NCBI GenBank assembly: GCA_018303575.1 | Contig: JAGVXW010000016.1 | Coordinates: 1-38,407 of the forward strand | Direction of reading: 5' to 3' | Length of the DNA stretch: 38,407 bases | DNA from: Candidatus Woesearchaeota archaeon | GTDB taxonomy: Archaea; Nanobdellota; Nanobdellia; Woesearchaeales; WJIZ01 | Notes under the pieces: generated by a model | What the model was told of the DNA's origin: nothing | The model's database searches: none | What the model saw: only the letters and a program-made list of their open reading frames with translations | Shown: piece by piece, positions 33,919 through 38,407 of the stretch | Position numbering within the stretch: the first letter of the stretch is position 1 | Layout: each line of letters begins with the position of its first letter | Made by a program: the position numbers and the translations under genes

Positions 33919-35079
33919 ATGCGAAAAGCAGCCATGAATGCCACTATTCTCATCGCCGTGATCTCAGCGCTCATCATCCTCTACATCCTGTTTCTCCCGA
34001 GCGAAGAGAGATTGGATATCATCGGCGAGAACGAAAGCAGCCGTGATTTCGGGCCTGACAAGGAGGATGTGCTCCTGGAGGACACGAGCGTCATCATGGA
34101 GCACTTCGCCGAGGACGAGATTGAGCATACGCTGCCCAGCCTGACGCTGTACAGCATCACCACAGCCAGCACGGTGAAGGAAGTGGCTTCCTTCTATGTC
34201 AAGAAGACGCTGTTCAGCGAGCAGAAACGAGACATCGACTTTGAACTGGGCGAAGAGGCGCAGAACGTGCTGCTCAGCTTCTCCGTGCGGAAGGCGAAGG
34301 GCGATCTTATCGTTGAAGTGAACGGCAAGCAAGTGTGGAGCGGGCCGATTGAGAAAGTGAACGCAGATCCTATCCGCGTGCCAAAAGACGCGCTTTCGAG
34401 CCAGAATACCGTAACGTTCCGGGCCTCGAGCCCCGGCCTCGCCTTCTGGAGGACGCATGAATATTTGATTGAGAATTTCAAGGTGACCGCTGACTTGGTT
34501 GACACGAGCAGCCAGCGCGCCAAAGTGGACTTTGTTGTCGGCAAGGAAGAGGCGGGGCACATTGAAAAAGCTACTTTGCGCTTCGTGGCTGAATGCGAGA
34601 CCGGGAGAGTGGGGGTGCTGGACATCCTGATCAATGACAGGGGCGTCTACAGCTCTGTGCCGGACTGCGGAGTGCCCCGGCCCTTGGTGTTTGACTCCAA
34701 ACTGCTGATCGAGGGCGAGAACACGCTCGAGTTCAGGAGCACAAAGGGGAGATATGTATTGGATCAGCTCAAGATCACCACCAAGCTTGAGGAGATCCCG
34801 AGCTTCACGTATTTCTTCGACGTTGATTCTGACCAGTTCAAGGACATCCGCGAAGGCAGGAAAACGGCCAACTTCACGCTCTTCTTCACCGACGACAAGG
34901 AAGACAAGGCCGCGGAGATCATCATCAATGGCAGGAAAACTTTCATGACGCGGCATGAGGAGTTCGAGTGGAGCCTCATCCTCGACCGGTTCCTGGAGCA
35001 GGGCTCGAACAGCCTGAAGATCATCCCTGACACGCGGCTGGAAGTGAGGCGGCTCCAGGTTGTTCTGGATGACACGTAA
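33919..35079 (+). CDS. Signal-anchored extracytoplasmic protein with three ~95-aa tandem repeat modules
   Basis: 386 aa. N-terminal TM ATILIAVISALIILYILFL. Three modules share ..DF.......L.F.........(L/I).(I/V).(I/V)NG+.V.........(L/F)..G.N.(L/V).F......Y.(L/I)..(L/F)K(I/V). Confidence 0.75.
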   Translation: MRKAAMNATILIAVISALIILYILFLPSEERLDIIGENESSRDFGPDKEDVLLEDTSVIMEHFAEDEIEHTLPSLTLYSITTASTVKEVASFYVKKTLFSEQKRDIDFELGEEAQNVLLSFSVRKAKGDLIVEVNGKQVWSGPIEKVNADPIRVPKDALSSQNTVTFRASSPGLAFWRTHEYLIENFKVTADLVDTSSQRAKVDFVVGKEEAGHIEKATLRFVAECETGRVGVLDILINDRGVYSSVPDCGVPRPLVFDSKLLIEGENTLEFRSTKGRYVLDQLKITTKLEEIPSFTYFFDVDSDQFKDIREGRKTANFTLFFTDDKEDKAAEIIINGRKTFMTRHEEFEWSLILDRFLEQGSNSLKIIPDTRLEVRRLQVVLDDT

Positions 35080-35093
35080 AAAAGAGGTGGCCT

Positions 35094-37163
35094 TTGGATA
35101 GGGCGCAACAGAGGGAGGCAGCAGCTAACGTTCTCGAGTCTGGAGTCGCAGGCCCTGAAGCCATTCCTGTGGGCATGGCGATGAAGGCATGGGGAGCGCG
35201 GAAATGGGAAGGCGCCAAAGCTTCTGCGCGCGACACTAAGGACCGCACTGTCGAAAGCGTGAGAGCGCTTCCGGGGAATGCGTGGGAGGGCATCAAGAGC
35301 CGCGCCTCGGATGCCATAGGCAAGAAATCCTGGGGGAACCTGGGCTTGCTCATGGTCGTTTTTGCTTTCATCATCAACATCTGGCTGGACACTTACTATA
35401 ACTTCGGCGGGTTTGACCTCACCAAGTATGGACAAATCAGCTCTCTAAGCGATCTTGCTGGGATTGCAAGCCTGTATTTCATCATCAAGGGCCCGATTCT
35501 GGTGATGCTCGCGTTAGTGGGGGCGTTCGTGCTCAACCGCGGACATGCCGGGCTGCGGCTTTTTGTCGCGATTGTTGCAGTGACCTACGGCCTCTCGCAG
35601 CTGCCTCTTATCGCGCAAGGCTACCTAGTGATGGCTGGCCTGGACATGCTCGTGTTCCTGGCATTCTGCATCCAGATGCTCACCAATCCCAGCCGCGAGG
35701 AATTCACTGAGAAGATGCTGTTCTGGATTCCTGTATACGGGCTCCTGACCATGAGCCTGGCCTCGGGGAACATGGGCGCTGTCATCCACCTCTCCTTCAT
35801 CATCGCCTTCTATCTTTTCCGCGGAAGGGCGTACAAACAGACAGATCGGGGGTTCCGGCTCAACTTCATCTATCTCGTGCTCTTCGACTTCTTCATCATG
35901 TGGGCACTGCAGTTTGCGCCGACGTACGGCTTTTTCCAGTGGACTGACATCCCGATCCTGCTCCTCGGCACGATGTTCATCGTGCAGATCTATGAGCCGA
36001 GCAAGCTCAGCGGCCTCCTGCTCTTTTTCGTCTGCCTTGGCCTGGTGTTCTCCTTCGGCTATGGCTACCTAGCCTATGCGGCTGGCGACGGAGGAGCGAT
36101 GAAAAGCATTGGTCTTGATGCCGATACCATGGCGCAGCGGTGGGCGATCGTGAACCCCGTCTCCTCCATCTCCAAGCTCGTCAGCGCGATGTATACTGGC
36201 ATCAACCGCAGCATCGCGATCGCGTCCGGGGACTCGTATACGGGAAGCGTGGACGAGAACGCGAAGAAGAAGCTGGGCGTATTTTTGGAGGATGTGGAGA
36301 AGAATCAAAAGCAGTTCACCCAGGGCGACAAGATCGTGCTCTTCGGCACGCTCACCGCTGAAAATCTCGTTGATGCACAGGGCAGGCCGCAGAAGCCGTT
36401 CATGGTGCATACAACGTGCGTCGCCTATAATCTCAAAGGTGAGCCATTTTACGGTGTGATCTACCCCCATGCCGACTTTCAAGTGGAGCAGTATCTTGTT
36501 GAGACGGTGCAGTGCAGCTTCGATCCTGAAAAAGAGATCCCGCTTCCTCCGGGAAGGTATGAGTTGGCCATCCGGGCTGATTTCGAGTTCCTGAGCGAGG
36601 CGTATCTCAAGCGCTACTTCGTCTCAAAGGAACGGGTGGATGCGCTCCGGAGGCAGCGGCAGATCGAGAAGGACGAGGACATCCTCACGCTCAACGGCAT
36701 CTCCGACACCAGGCCAGAGGCGGAGAGCAGCGCCGGGCCGGTGAAGATCAAGGCGAGCGACCGCATCCCTGCTGTCCTGAAGCTCGGCAACGACTCCACC
36801 ATCCTTTATTTCGGCCTCCTGCTCGAGAATGCCTGGAAGGGCGCGATCCAGAACATCACCGAAGTGAGGATCTCCGTGCCTGAAGGCATTGAAATAGAGA
36901 ACTGCGCGCCCTATGAGATCGGCGGGCGGGAAGACCTTCCTGAGGAGAGATACAGTGTTTACAGCATCGCGCCGCGCACCGGGGCGCAGACCGCATATAC
37001 CACCGTGCCCTGCTACCTCAATCTTCCATCGAGCAACGGCCTGCTGCTCGACCAGGGGGAGGTCACGACGCGCTATTTCCGGATAGCGGCGCTCTACAAT
37101 TACACGCTTGAGCAGAGATTCATGATGCGCGTGCTCGAGCCTTCTGCGCCGGTGAGTCCATGA
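35094..37163 (+). CDS. Polytopic (~9 TM) membrane protein with a ~360-aa C-terminal extracytoplasmic domain
   Basis: 689 aa. TTG start 5 nt after the GAGGTG SD (35084-35089). ~85-aa charged N-terminus, nine hydrophobic segments (aa ~83-330), then a soluble two-module domain. Confidence 0.75.
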   Translation: MDRAQQREAAANVLESGVAGPEAIPVGMAMKAWGARKWEGAKASARDTKDRTVESVRALPGNAWEGIKSRASDAIGKKSWGNLGLLMVVFAFIINIWLDTYYNFGGFDLTKYGQISSLSDLAGIASLYFIIKGPILVMLALVGAFVLNRGHAGLRLFVAIVAVTYGLSQLPLIAQGYLVMAGLDMLVFLAFCIQMLTNPSREEFTEKMLFWIPVYGLLTMSLASGNMGAVIHLSFIIAFYLFRGRAYKQTDRGFRLNFIYLVLFDFFIMWALQFAPTYGFFQWTDIPILLLGTMFIVQIYEPSKLSGLLLFFVCLGLVFSFGYGYLAYAAGDGGAMKSIGLDADTMAQRWAIVNPVSSISKLVSAMYTGINRSIAIASGDSYTGSVDENAKKKLGVFLEDVEKNQKQFTQGDKIVLFGTLTAENLVDAQGRPQKPFMVHTTCVAYNLKGEPFYGVIYPHADFQVEQYLVETVQCSFDPEKEIPLPPGRYELAIRADFEFLSEAYLKRYFVSKERVDALRRQRQIEKDEDILTLNGISDTRPEAESSAGPVKIKASDRIPAVLKLGNDSTILYFGLLLENAWKGAIQNITEVRISVPEGIEIENCAPYEIGGREDLPEERYSVYSIAPRTGAQTAYTTVPCYLNLPSSNGLLLDQGEVTTRYFRIAALYNYTLEQRFMMRVLEPSAPVSP

Positions 37164-38128
37164 AATGGATTCTCTTCCTCTCCTTGCTGCTGCTCACGGC
37201 CTGCATAGATGCCGGAACCACTTCCGACGAAAAGCTGCATACGGGCACTGAAGGGATTGTGCTGAACTTTCCTGAGGACGGCCTGACTGAGGAGATCGTC
37301 GAGGGGGAGCGCTTTGTGATTCCGCTCATCCTTGAGAACAAAGGGGCGGCTGACGTGAGCAGGGACGCGCCGGCTGTGCTGCAGTTGTCGCTTGAGCCTG
37401 ACGTGATGATCTTCTCATTATGGGACATCACGCCAGAGATGCGCGAATCCGGACAGAGCGTACTGTTCCCTTTGAACGGGAAAGCGCTGGCGACGATCGC
37501 CGGCGAAAAGACGCGGCTCCGAGCTTTGCTTCAGGCCAAGCCCATTGACCCGACGCTTAATAAGATAGAGACGCGGGTGCTGTTCTCGGCCTGCTATCCT
37601 TATCTGACCCAGCTTGAGGAGCAAACCTGCATCGATCCCAAGCCGGATAGCTTAATCAGAAAGAGTTGCACTCCTGAGACTCTTGAGAGCGATGAGGGGC
37701 AGGGCGCGCCTGTGGCAATCACGGAAGTGAAGCAGACCATGCTTCCAGGGGACCATCCTGACGACGTGCGTGTGCAGTTCCTGATCACCGCGAAGAACGC
37801 CGGAGAAGGGGTTTTGCTGCACCATGAAGATTATCCTTTGGCCTGCCTCGGAAGGGACGGCTCGAAGAAGCCGGGGATTTATGTGACCAAGGTCGCGTTT
37901 TCCGACTTTTCCTTCATTGAAGGCAAGGGCGGGGACATCGAATGCAACCCCCAGCCCATGCGAGAGATCGAGGACGGCTTCGAGACGCGATGCACGCTGA
38001 ATAATGGCATCCCCCGGAGCACGCCAGCTTTTACGACTCCGCTCAGCATTGAACTGCGCTATGGATATAGAGAGACGATCTCGCACGAATTGAGCATCTT
38101 AAGCGCGACGGCGGAAAGGGATTCGTAG
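37160..38128 (+). CDS. Predicted lipoprotein, paralogous to the ectodomain of the preceding membrane protein
   Basis: 322 aa. MKWILFLSLLLLTAC has a lipobox L-T-A-C. ATGA overlap with the upstream stop. The module GIVLNFPEDGLTEEIVEGERFVIPLILENKG parallels GVFLEDVEKNQKQFTQGDKIVLFGTLTAENL in the upstream protein. Confidence 0.75.
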   Translation: MKWILFLSLLLLTACIDAGTTSDEKLHTGTEGIVLNFPEDGLTEEIVEGERFVIPLILENKGAADVSRDAPAVLQLSLEPDVMIFSLWDITPEMRESGQSVLFPLNGKALATIAGEKTRLRALLQAKPIDPTLNKIETRVLFSACYPYLTQLEEQTCIDPKPDSLIRKSCTPETLESDEGQGAPVAITEVKQTMLPGDHPDDVRVQFLITAKNAGEGVLLHHEDYPLACLGRDGSKKPGIYVTKVAFSDFSFIEGKGGDIECNPQPMREIEDGFETRCTLNNGIPRSTPAFTTPLSIELRYGYRETISHELSILSATAERDS

Positions 38129-38149
38129 TCAAAGATTTCTTATTTGATG

Positions 38150-38235
38150 TAGCGCCGGCAGTGGCGGTGCGACGGCTTTTTCTATGAAAAAGCCTACTCA
38201 GGCAAAGCCTTCGCCGCACGCCAGAGCCGGCGCTA
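38150..38235. repeat. 86-nt imperfect palindrome / extended hairpin (10+5+4 nested bp, apical hairpin GGCTTTTT-CTATG-AAAAAGCC at 38174-38194)
   Basis: Paired by hand: TAGCGCCGGC/GCCGGCGCTA, TGGCG/CGCCA, TGCG/CGCA. It starts 22 nt after the stop of the lipoprotein gene. Confidence 0.5.
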
Positions 38236-38306
38236 TGCTCGACGCACGTATCCTCATAATTTTTGCAACGATATACCCCCTATGCGTCTCGTAATAAGCG
38301 AGCGCA

Positions 38307-38313
38307 TTTATAC
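38307..38313 (+). promoter_or_regulatory. TATA-like box (TTTATAC) ~25 nt upstream of a 14-bp hairpin
   Basis: Sequence motif and spacing only. Confidence 0.3.
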
Positions 38314-38331
38314 TCACGGACAAAAATAATT

Positions 38332-38378
38332 ATAGCAAATCGCAGAAATAATCGAACTTTTTGCCTGCGATTTGCTAT
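38332..38378. repeat. Perfect 14-bp inverted repeat ATAGCAAATCGCAG / CTGCGATTTGCTAT with a 19-nt loop
   Basis: Read directly: arms at 38332-38345 and 38365-38378. Confidence 0.6.
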
Positions 38379-38407
38379 TCTAGCGAATCCTCGACCGTAG
38401 GGAGAGG

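Noticed and set aside
33964-34956. 330-aa minus-strand ORF opposite the signal-anchored repeat protein
   Set aside because: The composition (R/H/L/D-rich, no TM, no motif) looks like antisense. The plus-strand gene has a promoter, an N-terminal TM, an internal repeat structure and operon context.
38150-38235. Possible tRNA (7-bp GCGCCGG/CCGGCGC acceptor-like stem)
   Set aside because: The helices are nested and coaxial rather than a cloverleaf. There is no D-arm complementarity, no GTTCRAATC T-loop and no anticodon-arm geometry.

Overview
Archaeal chromosomal window of about 57-58% GC outside one low-GC island. This is an eye estimate from sampled 60-nt blocks, not a computed value. Archaeal origin is shown by the e-type ribosomal proteins S4e, L32e, L19e, L34e and L14e, plus aSUI1, RNase P Rpp29, Pelota, two-subunit archaeal PheRS and TrmB.

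Layout:
- 1-399: 3' tip of an ISAzo13-like transposase gene abutting a truncated SAM-methyltransferase fragment.
- 598-15727 (+): the archaeal ribosomal super-operon in canonical order, L3-L4-L23-L2-S19-L22-S3-L29-SUI1-Rpp29-S17-L14-L24-S4e-L5-S14-S8-L6-L32e-L19e-L18-S5-L30-L15-SecY-DUF106-L34e-L14e. Most junctions are 4-nt ATGA overlaps. The usual adk and cmk genes are absent, and several ribosomal proteins carry Lys/Glu-rich tails.
- 15758-18900 (-): pheT-pheS.
- 19015-21717 (+): P2-type cation ATPase.
- about 21720-24215: low-GC island (sampled blocks about 38-48% GC). It holds a divergent pair: a wHTH-like 215-aa gene, and a 3-gene cassette of two small paralogous proteins plus a 213-aa protein with a caspase/gingipain-like His...Cys signature.
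- 24221-33797 (-): DHQ-synthase-like gene, split transketolase, TrmB regulator, a frameshifted and internally deleted K+-type H+-pyrophosphatase, an orphan ORF, acetyl-CoA synthetase and Pelota.
- 33919-38128 (+): an uncharacterised three-gene envelope operon. It encodes a signal-anchored triple-repeat protein, a ~9-TM protein with a ~360-aa ectodomain, and a lipobox lipoprotein paralogous to that ectodomain.
- 38129-38407: noncoding stretch dense in hairpins.

The best candidates for novel biology are the envelope operon and the island cassette. All homology calls come from reading the translations and recalling family motifs. No database search was run.
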